Source: Vulcanimicrobiales bacterium (GTDB lineage Bacteria > Vulcanimicrobiota > Vulcanimicrobiia > Vulcanimicrobiales > Vulcanimicrobiaceae). Taken from it: a stretch of DNA of 64,000 nucleotides. Position numbers and translations under genes: made by a program. Numbering within the stretch: position 1 is the stretch's first letter; every line of letters starts with the position of its first letter. Below, in pieces: positions 35,857-46,231 of this stretch. The notes beneath the pieces were generated by a model. It made no database searches. It saw nothing but the letters and a program-made list of their open reading frames with translations, and had not been told where the DNA came from. The stretch is from the NCBI GenBank assembly GCA_038215615.1, contig JBBQQR010000011.1, positions 9,599 to 73,598 of the forward strand, written 5' to 3'.

Positions 35857-37370
35857 AGTTTTCCCGGACGGGAGTCATTTGGGCGCTCGCGGCGCTCGCG
35901 GTTCACTTGGCCGGGAACGCTCATTACGGTTTTTTTCGCGACGAGCTGTACTTCATCGTCTGCGGCCGCCACCCGGCGTGGGGATATGTCGACCAGCCGC
36001 CCCTGACGCCGCTGCTGGCAGCTCTCTCTCAATCTTTCGGATTGTCGCTCTTTGCGCTGCGTGTGATCCCGGCCGTTTGCGCAGCCATCGCCACGTATGC
36101 GGCGTGCGTGCTGACGGCGGAGTTCGAGGGCGGGGCGTTCGCGCAGAGCGTAGCGGGCTTGGGAATGATCGTCGCGCCGGAAATGATGGCGCTGGGATTG
36201 CGGCTCTCACCGGATATGATCGAGCTCTGCACGTGGCCGCCGATCGCGCTCTGCACGCTGCGGCTGGCGCGCGGTGCCGATCCGCGCTGGTGGCTCGCCG
36301 CCGGCGCCTTGACGGCCGTTGCGGCCTGGAGCAAATACACGGTCGCCTTTTTTATCGCGGCATTGCTCGCCGGAATGCTCCTGACGCCGGCGCGGCGCGC
36401 GCTCAAGACTCGGTGGTTTCCCGCGGGCGCGCTCCTGACGGCCGCTCTGGTGCTGCCGAATTTCCTGTGGCAGGCGCACAACGGTTATCCGATGCTGCAG
36501 TTGCTGGAAAACGATTACGGAAAATTCGTGCTCAAAGATCCGCCTTTTCCGCTGCAGCAGATTCTGATTATGAGCCCGTTGCTCTCGGTTATCTGGCTGA
36601 CAGGCTTGGTATGGCTGTTGTGGCGGCGCGGCACGCGGTTTCTGGGAATCGCATACCTGGCACTCATCGCTGCGATGTGGGCGTTGGATGCGAAAAATTA
36701 CTATCCGGGGCCGGTCTATCCGTATTTGATCGCGGCGGGCGCCGTGCCGATCGAGCAATGGACAGCGGGGCATAAGTTTTGGCGTATCTTATCCGTGGCC
36801 GCGATCGTCGCTTTCGCGATTCCCTCGACGCCCTTCGTGCTGCCCGTGCTGCCGCTCAACGCGTTCGTCGCATACCAACGTTCGCTCGGGACTCTGTTTC
36901 ATTTGCATTTTCACGTCGATCGCAGCGCTGGCAATAACGTGCCGATCGAATATTACGCCGATATGACCGGTTGGCCCGAACTGGCGGCCGCCGTCGGAGC
37001 GGTCTATAAAACCTTACCAGCCGGCGAGCGAGCGCAAGCCGCGATTTTCGCGAGCAACGCCGGTGAGGCAGCCGCGTTGGACGTGTACGGGGAGCGCTAT
37101 GGTTTGCCGCCGGCTCTGAGCGGCAACAACAACTACTGGTTATGGGGACCGCGCGGATTTACGGGGAACGTGATGATTATAGTGCAGGGAGACTCGCGTA
37201 ACGACCGCTTGCGCTTCGATTCAGTGAGGCTCGCTGCAGTCTTACACAACCCTTACGGGATGCCGTACGAAAATGCCGTGCGCATCTACATTTGCCGCGG
37301 GATTCACCGGGCGCTTGCCGCGATCTGGCCGAAACTTCGCGACTACAGATACGGTTTTGCCCGGTTATGA
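35853..37370 (+). CDS. GT-C glycosyltransferase (ArnT/PMT_2-like)
   Basis: RDELY...GYVDQPP, SKY, multiple TMs. Confidence 0.88.
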   Translation: MKFSRTGVIWALAALAVHLAGNAHYGFFRDELYFIVCGRHPAWGYVDQPPLTPLLAALSQSFGLSLFALRVIPAVCAAIATYAACVLTAEFEGGAFAQSVAGLGMIVAPEMMALGLRLSPDMIELCTWPPIALCTLRLARGADPRWWLAAGALTAVAAWSKYTVAFFIAALLAGMLLTPARRALKTRWFPAGALLTAALVLPNFLWQAHNGYPMLQLLENDYGKFVLKDPPFPLQQILIMSPLLSVIWLTGLVWLLWRRGTRFLGIAYLALIAAMWALDAKNYYPGPVYPYLIAAGAVPIEQWTAGHKFWRILSVAAIVAFAIPSTPFVLPVLPLNAFVAYQRSLGTLFHLHFHVDRSAGNNVPIEYYADMTGWPELAAAVGAVYKTLPAGERAQAAIFASNAGEAAALDVYGERYGLPPALSGNNNYWLWGPRGFTGNVMIIVQGDSRNDRLRFDSVRLAAVLHNPYGMPYENAVRIYICRGIHRALAAIWPKLRDYRYGFARL

Positions 37371-37385
37371 GCCAGGGAGGGCGTC

Positions 37386-37553
37386 ATGCTCGTACTCACG
37401 CGTAAACCTAACCAGTCGATCGTGATCGGCGACGATGTTCGCATCGTCGTGGTGTCGATTGAGCGGGACCAGGTCAAGCTCGGCATCGAGGCGCCGCGCG
37501 ACGTCACGGTGCACCGCGCCGAAGTCAGCGAGAAGCTCAAACAGAAGGGCTAG
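37386..37553 (+). CDS. csrA: Carbon storage regulator CsrA (55 aa, absent from the ORF track)
   Basis: [56 protein letters not shown]. Confidence 0.95.
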   Translation: MLVLTRKPNQSIVIGDDVRIVVVSIERDQVKLGIEAPRDVTVHRAEVSEKLKQKG

Positions 37554-37741
37554 GCAGCGGGTTCTTCATCGGGGGGCTGGTTGGGGACCCCCGGCTCGGG
37601 CTGGTCCGGAACCGCTGGCGGGTCCGACGGTCCCCAGCTCGGGAACGGCTGCGCAGGCGGTGGGAGCTGCTCGGGCTGGTTCGGGGGCGGGACGCTCGGC
37701 TGGCCGGGAGGCTCCATGGGCGGGCGGTACTCTGCAGTCAT
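37550..37741 (-). CDS. Small Pro-rich acidic protein (start 37741 or 37717)
   Basis: Fills the csrA-rpsB gap; five PxQP repeats; shares CTAG with the csrA stop. Confidence 0.5.
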   Translation of the reverse strand: MTAEYRPPMEPPGQPSVPPPNQPEQLPPPAQPFPSWGPSDPPAVPDQPEPGVPNQPPDEEPAA

Positions 37742-37774
37742 CGGGAGTATTTATTCCCATCGGCGCGATACCCG

Positions 37775-37783
37775 TGCTATAAT
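37775..37783 (+). promoter_or_regulatory. Extended -10 promoter of the rpsB operon
   Basis: TGcTATAAT. Confidence 0.75.
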
Positions 37784-37789
37784 CGCGCG

Positions 37790-37898
37790 GCTGTGTCCGC
37801 ACAGCGCACTTCACCCGGCATGGAGGCCGGGTGCGATGGCCTCACAGCGACCGGCGCCAGGATGGCCGCGGGTCCGAGGTCAGAAAGGTCTCTTTCCC
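37790..37898 (+). promoter_or_regulatory. Structured rpsB 5' leader (t44/S2-leader-like)
   Basis: GCAC (37806) complementary to GGGTGC (37829), ACCCG/CGGGT and GCCGG/CCGGC pairings, GAGG and AAAGG at the 3' end; boundaries approximate. Confidence 0.6.
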
Positions 37899-38690
37899 TT
37901 GTCCGTCATTTCGATGCGGGCGCTGCTCGAAGCCGGAGTTCACTTCGGCCATCAGACGCGGCGCTGGAATCCCAAGATGAAGCCGTACATCTTTCAAGAG
38001 CGCAACGGCATATACATCATCAACCTCTCGCTCACCGTTCAGAAGCTCCGGCAAACCTACGAAGCCGTCAAGCAGATGTCGCGCGACGGAAAAGTCGTGC
38101 TGTTTGTCGGAACCAAGAAGCAGGCGCAAGACGTGGTCCGCGAAGAGGCCGAACGCGCCGGAACGTATTACATCAACCAGCGGTGGCTGGGCGGAACGCT
38201 CACGAATTTTGCCACCATACAAAAACGCATCTCACGATTGCGCGAACTCGAAGGTATGAAGCAACAGGGCGACTTCGAGCGCCTTCCCAAAAAAGAAGTC
38301 GCGAAACTGCAGGACGAGATGTCGAAGCTCGAGCGGTTTCTGGGCGGCATCAAGGATATGCACCGGCTTCCGGACGCGATTTTCATCGTCGATCCGAAAA
38401 AAGAGCGCATTGCGGTTCTCGAGGCGCGTAAACTGAAGATCCCAATCATCGCCGTGATCGACACGAACTGCGATCCCGACGAGATCGATTATCCGATTCC
38501 CGGCAACGACGACGCAATCCGCGCGGTCAAGCTCATGGTCTCAAAAATTGCCGACGCGATTATAGAGGGCAAGACGGAAACGGAGAGCTCGCTTGAGGTA
38601 GCGGAAGACGGAGAAGTGAGCGTCGACTACACCGCCTATGAAGAGCCGGTGGCAACGCTGGCCGATGCCGAAGCGGGGGCGACAGTTTGA
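37899..38690 (+). CDS. rpsB: 30S ribosomal protein S2
   Basis: (M)[48 protein letters not shown] start. Confidence 0.98.
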   Translation: MSVISMRALLEAGVHFGHQTRRWNPKMKPYIFQERNGIYIINLSLTVQKLRQTYEAVKQMSRDGKVVLFVGTKKQAQDVVREEAERAGTYYINQRWLGGTLTNFATIQKRISRLRELEGMKQQGDFERLPKKEVAKLQDEMSKLERFLGGIKDMHRLPDAIFIVDPKKERIAVLEARKLKIPIIAVIDTNCDPDEIDYPIPGNDDAIRAVKLMVSKIADAIIEGKTETESSLEVAEDGEVSVDYTAYEEPVATLADAEAGATV

Positions 38691-39292
38691 GCGTGGCTTA
38701 TCAACCCAAAGCAGATGAAATTAAAAAACTGCGCGAGTCGACCGACGCCCCGATGATGGATTGTAAGCGGGCGCTGGAAGAAGCTGCCGGGGATTTCGAA
38801 AAAGCCACCGAGGTCTTGCTGGCGCGCGGCGCCGCGCAGGCACAGAAAAAAGCTGAGCGTGCCGCCAATGAAGGGCTTATCTCCAGTTACATTCATGCCG
38901 GCGGAAAAATCGGTGTTCTGGTCGAGGTGAATACCGAGACCGATTTCGTTGCCCGCAATCCGAAGTTCAACGAGCTGACTCGCGATATCGCCATGCACGT
39001 CGCGGCCATGTCGCCGCTCTACATCGACCGCGAAAGCGTACCACCTGAGGTCGTCGAAGGGGTCCGTTCTGAGATGGCCGGCTCGGTTCCGGCTGGTAAA
39101 CCGGCCGAGATCGCCCAGAAGATTGTCGAGGGCAAGCTGAACAAGTGGTTCGAAGAGCACTGCCTGCTCGATCAGCCGTTCGTCAGGGACGACACGATAA
39201 GCGTAGGCGATTTGATCAACCGCACCGTCGGCGTGCTTGGGGAAAAAATCAAAGTGCGGCGGTTCGTGAAATACGCGCTCGGGGACGGTTAG
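38687..39292 (+). CDS. tsf: Elongation factor Ts (short form)
   Basis: [16 protein letters not shown]; 201 aa, short type as in Thermus and cyanobacteria. Confidence 0.96.
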   Translation: MSVAYQPKADEIKKLRESTDAPMMDCKRALEEAAGDFEKATEVLLARGAAQAQKKAERAANEGLISSYIHAGGKIGVLVEVNTETDFVARNPKFNELTRDIAMHVAAMSPLYIDRESVPPEVVEGVRSEMAGSVPAGKPAEIAQKIVEGKLNKWFEEHCLLDQPFVRDDTISVGDLINRTVGVLGEKIKVRRFVKYALGDG

Positions 39293-40047
<755 letters not shown>

Positions 40048-40048
<1 letters not shown>

Positions 40049-40602
40049 TGGCCGACAGCTTTAAGGAAGCCGAAGGCAAAATGAACAAGTGCGTCGACGC
40101 GACGCGCAGCGAATTCGCCGCGATTCGCACGGGCCGCGCCACGCCCGCGCTCCTCGACCGCATCCAGGTCGAGGCCTACGGCACGTTGGTTCCGCTCAAA
40201 CAGGTCGCGACCGTGAGTGCGCCGGATCCGCGGTCGCTGACGATCGTCGCCTTCGATCGCAACACGGTCGGCGACATCCGCAAAGCGATCGAGAAGAGCG
40301 ATCTCGGGCTAAGCCCCAACGTTGACGGCGGTTCGGTTCGCCTTGCCATTCCGTCGCTGAATGAGGAGCGCCGGAAAGACCTCGTGAAAATCGTCAAGAA
40401 AAAGGGCGAGGACGGCAAAATCGCGGTTCGCAATGTTCGCCATAGGGTGCATGACGATTTGCGCACGCAACTCAAAGACCACGACATTACCGAAGACGAC
40501 AACAAGCGCAAGCAGGACCAATTGCAAAAAATGACCGACCGCTTTATCAAAGAGATCGATCAGTTGGTGACTGCCAAAGAAAAAGAAATCATGGAGGTAT
40601 AG
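40048..40602 (+). CDS. frr: Ribosome recycling factor
   Basis: IRTGRA, EERRKDLVK, KEKEIM. Confidence 0.98.
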
Positions 40603-40605
40603 CTT

Positions 40606-40815
40606 CTGCTTGACGAGCTGATCCTGATGCCCGAGGTGCAAGCGCGCCGCCATCTGCGCGGGCGCGTCGGCGCGTTTTCGGTTCTGGCGCCCGTTGGCTC
40701 ATTCGCGGGTAAAGGTGCGCTGCGCGTTTTGCGCGTTCGCGCGCACGATACAGCCGGTGACGAAGCACGCCTGGAACTGACCTGCGGCTACGAATCCTAC
40801 GAGCGGATCAGCTGA
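40606..40815 (+). CDS. Small hypothetical protein between frr and uppS (CTG 40606 or ATG 40627 start)
   Basis: Fills the gap exactly; TGATG coupling to uppS; GGAGGT 7 nt before CTG. Confidence 0.6.
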   Translation: MLDELILMPEVQARRHLRGRVGAFSVLAPVGSFAGKGALRVLRVRAHDTAGDEARLELTCGYESYERIS

Positions 40816-41555
40816 TGGCACGCGTTCTCCCGGCGGCCCAAGACGAGCTCGATCTGGCGAAGCTTCCCAAGCACATCGCGATCATCATGGACGGAAACCG
40901 GCGCTGGGCGAAACATCGCGGCATGCCCGCGATCGAAGGACACCGCCGCGGGATGCTTGCGCTGCGTGAAGTGACGCGCGCCTGCAGTGATTTTGGGATT
41001 CCCATACTAACCGTCTACGGATTCTCCACGGAAAACTGGCGCCGCGACTCGACGGAGATTTCGCTGCTTCTGGACTTGTGCGTCTATTTTGCGCAACACG
41101 AACTCGTCGAGCTGAGCCGCAACAACGTGAAGGTGAACGTGATCGGAGCGTACCGTGCGCTTCCTCCGGCATCGCGCGACGCGCTCGACCGTCTGATGGA
41201 ACGCACCGCTTCCAATACCGGGCTGCTGCTGAACCTGGCCGTTAACTACAGCGCACGGGCAGAGCTGCAGCGCGCCGTCGCGCAGATCGCGGGCGACGTG
41301 GCGGGCGGGAAGCTGCGCCCGGATGAGATCGACGAAGCAAAGATTTCTTCGTATTTATATACGGCCGATCAGCCGGATCCCGACATGCTGATCCGCCCCG
41401 GCGGCGAGCACCGTCTCTCCAATTTTTTGCTCTACCAAGTCGCCTACACCGAACTGGTGATGAGCGAAGTCTACTGGCCCGACTTCGGAAGGGATGAGTT
41501 CGTACGGACGCTACTTGAGTTTCAGAAGCGGCAACGCCGTTTCGGCGGAACGTGA
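40815..41555 (+). CDS. uppS: Undecaprenyl diphosphate synthase
   Basis: HIAIIMDGNRRWA, FSTENW, RLSNFLL. Confidence 0.96.
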   Translation: MARVLPAAQDELDLAKLPKHIAIIMDGNRRWAKHRGMPAIEGHRRGMLALREVTRACSDFGIPILTVYGFSTENWRRDSTEISLLLDLCVYFAQHELVELSRNNVKVNVIGAYRALPPASRDALDRLMERTASNTGLLLNLAVNYSARAELQRAVAQIAGDVAGGKLRPDEIDEAKISSYLYTADQPDPDMLIRPGGEHRLSNFLLYQVAYTELVMSEVYWPDFGRDEFVRTLLEFQKRQRRFGGT

Positions 41556-42397
41556 ACGCCGTCCGGCCGGCGGCTGCGGCGCCGGCAAATCCGGTAACGA
41601 CCCGCCGCGTACTGGTCGGAATCGCCCTCGCCGTTGCCGGCCTCGGGTCGGTGTTCGTGCCGGCAGCCTTCTACAGCGTTGTCTTGGCGGTCGGTGCGAT
41701 GAGCGTCTACGAACTCGCGCGGCTCTGTGAAATAAAGGGCCAGCCGCTCGAGTATCAAGTCGCAGTTCCAGGCGTACTGGCATACATTTTACTGAGCGTT
41801 TTCAAGCTGCTGCCGCATTGGGAAGGCGCGTTGCTTGCGTCGGTGGTGCTGGTTGCTTTCTGGCTGGGCATGTATGGCGAGCAGAAGGGCTACTTCGCCC
41901 GCACCGCTTACACGCTGCTCGCGGTTCTCTACATTGGCAAGCTGCTGACGTACTTCATTTTTGTCCGCCAAGTGCCGCGCATGGGTTTAGATTGGACGCT
42001 CTTCGTCATCGTCCTGATCGCGTTGACCGACATTCTAGCGATGATCGTCGGCTCGCTGGCCGGCCGCACGCCGCTCACCAAAATATCTCCGAAAAAAACC
42101 GTCGAGGGCTCCATCGGCGCGCTCGTGCTTGTCACGGCGGCCGGCGCGCTCCTGGGAACAAGTCCGTATTTGGGAATGCTATGGTGGCAGGGCGCGGCAC
42201 TGGGTGCCGCGACCTGCATCGCCGCGCAAGCGGGGGACTTGGTCGAGTCGGCGCTCAAGCGGGACGCGGGAGTAAAGGATACCGGAACCGTGATTCAGGG
42301 TCACGGCGGCGTGCTGGACCGGTTCGATTCGTATCTGTTCGGCGGCATGGCGTTTTACGGGACGCTGCACGTCATTGGGCTGCTTCACTTTGCCTAA
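41552..42397 (+). CDS. cdsA: Phosphatidate cytidylyltransferase
   Basis: ISPKKTVEG, GDLVESALKR..GVKD, GHGGVLDRFDS. Confidence 0.95.
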   Translation: MNAVRPAAAAPANPVTTRRVLVGIALAVAGLGSVFVPAAFYSVVLAVGAMSVYELARLCEIKGQPLEYQVAVPGVLAYILLSVFKLLPHWEGALLASVVLVAFWLGMYGEQKGYFARTAYTLLAVLYIGKLLTYFIFVRQVPRMGLDWTLFVIVLIALTDILAMIVGSLAGRTPLTKISPKKTVEGSIGALVLVTAAGALLGTSPYLGMLWWQGAALGAATCIAAQAGDLVESALKRDAGVKDTGTVIQGHGGVLDRFDSYLFGGMAFYGTLHVIGLLHFA

Positions 42398-43526
42398 GCG
42401 CGTCGCAATTCTGGGAAGTACCGGATCTATTGGAACGCAGGCGCTCGACGTCATTGCGCTCTATCCCGATCGTTTTGTCGTCTGTGGGCTGGCCGCGGGA
42501 AAACAGATCGATAAACTACGCGAACAGACCGAGCGGTTCGGCGTAAAAATCGCGGCGTCGGCGCAAGACGGAACGGCCGGGCTACTCCGCGTGGCCATCG
42601 AGTCGAAGCCCGATGTGCTGCTGGCCGCTACCGATGGGTTCGTTTCTTTCGAGGCAGTTTTTGCTGCCGCCGAGCGTGGTATCGACGTCGCGGTTGCCAA
42701 CAAAGAGTTGATCGTGGCGGCCGGCGACCTGCTGATGGCCGCGGCGGCAAAATCAGGATCTCAGATCGTGCCGGTCGATTCCGAACACTCCGCAATTTTC
42801 CAGTGTCTCATTGGTGAAAGCCGCGATCGAGTGCACTCGATCGTTTTGACGGCTTCCGGCGGCCCGTTCTGGCGAAAAACGAAGGACGAGATCCGAAATG
42901 CGTCGCTCGGTGCAGCGCTGGCCCACCCGACGTGGCAGATGGGCGTGAAGAATACGGTCGACTCCGCGAGCATGATGAACAAGGGGCTCGAGGTCATTGA
43001 AGCAAGCCGGCTCTTCGGTTTTCCCGGCGAGCGCATCGGCATACTGGTGCATCCCCAATCGATCGCGCATGGCATAGTGATCTTCAGCGACGGCAACGTG
43101 AAGGTTCAGGCCGCCGCTCCCGACATGCGACTCCCCATTGGGTATGCGCTGTCATTTCCGGACAGGCTGACCGGCAGCGGGGCAAACGATCCGCTGCAAG
43201 CCATTGGCGCCCATCCGGAGGCCTCGGCGTTGCGTTACGATTTTGAGCGGCCCGACCCGGACCGGTTTCCTTGCGTGGCCCTGGCGTTCGAAGCGCTGGC
43301 TGCCGGAGGCACGATGCCGGCCGTTCTTTCAGCCGCAAACGAAATCGCCGTGCGTGCGTTTGTAGATGGTGAGATCGGCTTCGGGCTCATCCCGGAAATT
43401 ATCGGCGAGGCTCTCTCGTCCGCAACGGTTCGCGAGGTGAATCTCGCGACGCTGCGGCAAGCCGACGCGCAAGCTCGCGACGACGCGCGTACGGCAGTCA
43501 ACGCGGCGCGCCGCGTAAAGGTGTAA
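42390..43526 (+). CDS. dxr: 1-deoxy-D-xylulose-5-phosphate reductoisomerase
   Basis: LGSTGSIG, ANKE, PVDSEH, HPTW.MG, MMNKGLEVIEA. Confidence 0.97.
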   Translation: MPKRVAILGSTGSIGTQALDVIALYPDRFVVCGLAAGKQIDKLREQTERFGVKIAASAQDGTAGLLRVAIESKPDVLLAATDGFVSFEAVFAAAERGIDVAVANKELIVAAGDLLMAAAAKSGSQIVPVDSEHSAIFQCLIGESRDRVHSIVLTASGGPFWRKTKDEIRNASLGAALAHPTWQMGVKNTVDSASMMNKGLEVIEASRLFGFPGERIGILVHPQSIAHGIVIFSDGNVKVQAAAPDMRLPIGYALSFPDRLTGSGANDPLQAIGAHPEASALRYDFERPDPDRFPCVALAFEALAAGGTMPAVLSAANEIAVRAFVDGEIGFGLIPEIIGEALSSATVREVNLATLRQADAQARDDARTAVNAARRVKV

Positions 43527-43531
43527 ATCGA

Positions 43532-44665
43532 GTGGTGATACTGGCGGCGATTACTCTCACGAGCGTTGCGAAAATTGCGCTGTTCTTGTTCGTACTTTCG
43601 GTTCTCGTCGTGCTGCATGAGTACGGTCACTTCATCCTGGCCCGGTTGAGCAAGGTACGCGTACTGGAGTTTTCGGTCGGCTTCGGCCCGAAGCTCGCCG
43701 GGTGGACCAGCAAGCGCAGCGGGACGGCATATTCCTTTCGAGCATTACCGCTCGGAGGCTACTGCGCAATGCATGGCGAGGACAACAAGACGTCCGAAGC
43801 CGAACAGCAGCGCGATTTCCGTCAGGAAGCGCCGGTCTACGATGAAGACAACTTTCAGGCCAAGAAACCTTGGACGCGGCTGGCGATCATCGCGGCCGGA
43901 CCGATCGCGAACTTTATCTTATGCTTGGCGATTCTCTTTGTCGGCGCCATCGCTTTCGGTGTGCAAAGCGATAAGGTTCAACCTCGCATCGGCCCGCTCA
44001 CACCGAACTATCCCGCTCAGAAGGTTGGTATGCGCGCAGGCGATCGCATCGTGGCCGTCAATGGTGTTGCGGTCTTAGGCGGCGATACGCTCATCAAAAC
44101 GATTCACGGATCGCTTGGTAAACATCTGCGTGTGACGTTCGATCACAATGGCGAACAGCGCACGGTAGCGGTGACGCCTATCCGTTGTCCGGCTCCGCAA
44201 GAAAATCAAGGATGTCTGGGGTTTTCGCCGGTTGCGGTTTTCGAACGCGTCGGATTGGGCCAGGCCACGCAGTCGGCGCTCGAAAGCTTCGTTCTCATCG
44301 GACGGCAAACGTTTGGAAGTCTCGCGCTGCTAGTCAGCCATCCACGGCAATATTTTCCGCAGCTGAGTGGAGCGGTGGGCATGGGCCGGGCGGCGATGTC
44401 CATTCAGGACTTCGGCTGGGGCCCGTACTTCTTTTTTGCCGCGCTCATCTCGTTTGCGCTCGGGCTTTTCAATCTGCTGCCGCTCCCGGCGTTGGACGGC
44501 GGAAGGGCCGCTTTCATCGTCGCGGAGCTGATACGCGGAAAACCCGTCGATCCGGAGAAAGAAGCCATCGTGCACATCACGGGCTTCGCCGTGCTGATTG
44601 CGCTTATGCTCGTCATCAACTTTTATAACGTCGTGCAGATATACCAAGGAAAAGGCCCCTTTTGA
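43532..44665 (+). CDS. rseP: RIP metalloprotease RseP (M50 with PDZ)
   Basis: HEYGH, PLGGY, AGPIAN, NLLPLPALDGG. Confidence 0.95.
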   Translation: MVILAAITLTSVAKIALFLFVLSVLVVLHEYGHFILARLSKVRVLEFSVGFGPKLAGWTSKRSGTAYSFRALPLGGYCAMHGEDNKTSEAEQQRDFRQEAPVYDEDNFQAKKPWTRLAIIAAGPIANFILCLAILFVGAIAFGVQSDKVQPRIGPLTPNYPAQKVGMRAGDRIVAVNGVAVLGGDTLIKTIHGSLGKHLRVTFDHNGEQRTVAVTPIRCPAPQENQGCLGFSPVAVFERVGLGQATQSALESFVLIGRQTFGSLALLVSHPRQYFPQLSGAVGMGRAAMSIQDFGWGPYFFFAALISFALGLFNLLPLPALDGGRAAFIVAELIRGKPVDPEKEAIVHITGFAVLIALMLVINFYNVVQIYQGKGPF

Positions 44666-45786
44666 TTAGGCTCCGCCGCAAAAGCAAACCGGTGTTTTTG
44701 CAAAACAAAACCGGGAAGGACGACGCCAAATCCGTTTGGATCGGCGGCGACTATCCGATTGTCGTGCAGACGATGACGACCACCGATACCGGTGACGCCG
44801 ACGCGACGCTCGCTCAGATCTACGGCTTAGCGATGGAAGGCGCCGAGGTTGTGCGCGTGACCGTCAAGGATGCGCCCGATGCGGCCGCCATGCCCACGAT
44901 CGTGCAACGTTCGCCGGTGCCGATTGTCGCGGACATTCATTTCGATCACCGCATGGCGCTGGCCGCAATCGAAGCCGGCGTTGCCAAGCTGCGCCTCAAT
45001 CCGGGCAACATCCGCGATTACAACAAGACCAAAGAAGTTGTCGAGGCGGCCAAAGCCCGCGGAATTCCGATCCGCATCGGCGTCAACATGGGCTCACTCG
45101 CGCCCGACCTCGAGAAAACGCTCGGGCATACGCCCGAAGCGATGGTCGAGTCCGCGATGCGGCACGTTCAAATTCTCGAAGACCTGCAGCACACGGAGAT
45201 CGTTATCTCGCTGAAGGCCCACGATGTGATGTCGACGGTCGCCGCTTATCGCTTGATGGACAAACGCCTGCGCGAGCGCGACACGCCGTACGCACTGCAT
45301 TTGGGCATTACTGAGGCCGGGCTGCTCCGCGACGGTACGATCAAATCTTCCGTCGGCTTGGGAATTCTGTTATTCGAAGGCATCGGCGATACGATTCGCA
45401 TCTCGCTGGCAGCCGATCCGCTCGAAGAAGTGCCCGCATGCTGGAGCTTGCTCAAAGCGTTGGGTCTGCGCGAAAAAGGTTTTGAGATTACCGCATGCCC
45501 GTCGTGCGGGCGAGCCGAGATCAGCGTCTTGGAACTTGGTGAGAGTGTCGAGAAGATCGCCAAAGAGTATACCGCGCCGGTGAAAGTCGCCGTCATGGGC
45601 TGTGTCGTTAACGGTCCGGGCGAATCGAAGATGGCGGACGTCGGCGTAGCCGGCGGAAAGGGCAAAGGCGCAATTTATCGCGCCGGCGAGTTGGTCGGAA
45701 CGTTCCCCGAGGATCAGCTCCTCAATGCATTACGCGCGGAAATCGAAAAAGTGATCCGCGAAAAGTACCCGGAGCATGCGGTATAA
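44662..45786 (+). CDS. ispG: HMBPP synthase
   Basis: VADIHF, RLNPGNI, HLGITEAG, CPSCGR, MGCVVNGPGE. Confidence 0.97.
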   Translation: MIRLRRKSKPVFLQNKTGKDDAKSVWIGGDYPIVVQTMTTTDTGDADATLAQIYGLAMEGAEVVRVTVKDAPDAAAMPTIVQRSPVPIVADIHFDHRMALAAIEAGVAKLRLNPGNIRDYNKTKEVVEAAKARGIPIRIGVNMGSLAPDLEKTLGHTPEAMVESAMRHVQILEDLQHTEIVISLKAHDVMSTVAAYRLMDKRLRERDTPYALHLGITEAGLLRDGTIKSSVGLGILLFEGIGDTIRISLAADPLEEVPACWSLLKALGLREKGFEITACPSCGRAEISVLELGESVEKIAKEYTAPVKVAVMGCVVNGPGESKMADVGVAGGKGKGAIYRAGELVGTFPEDQLLNALRAEIEKVIREKYPEHAV

Positions 45787-46231
45787 ACCGCCGGGCCTCG
45801 CTGCCGTAGCGATTACCGCGGCGATCGCGATCGCCGTTTCGCTGGCAATTTCGGTTGCCAAGCCCGTGGAAGTCCGCGTCGACGGCCAGCCGATGCTTAC
45901 CGACGTCGCGCCGGTGCGAACCGACGCAGAGACGGTGTATGTGCCCCTGCGTCCATTGAGCGACGCGCTCGGCGCCGAAACACGTTACGATGCCAAGTCC
46001 GGCGAGATATTCATGACGCGCGGCGACCAGTCGCTCCATCTGCGCATCGGTGACGTGCACGCCACGCTCAACGGTATGCCGATGACGATGCGGCACGCGC
46101 CCTTTCGCGTGCGCGGGCGCGCGATGATCGGCTTGCGTACCGTTCAAAAAGCCTTCGGCGTGCGCGTAAGATTCGACAAAGCGACGTCGCGAGTCGACGT
46201 CGACACACCGGGAGCGGCCGCCGCGCCTTAA
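45776..46231 (+). CDS. Copper amine oxidase N-terminal (stalk) domain protein, exported
   Basis: Signal/TM, YVPLR..DALGA, NG...APF..GR pattern. Confidence 0.82.
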   Translation: MRYKPPGLAAVAITAAIAIAVSLAISVAKPVEVRVDGQPMLTDVAPVRTDAETVYVPLRPLSDALGAETRYDAKSGEIFMTRGDQSLHLRIGDVHATLNGMPMTMRHAPFRVRGRAMIGLRTVQKAFGVRVRFDKATSRVDVDTPGAAAAP

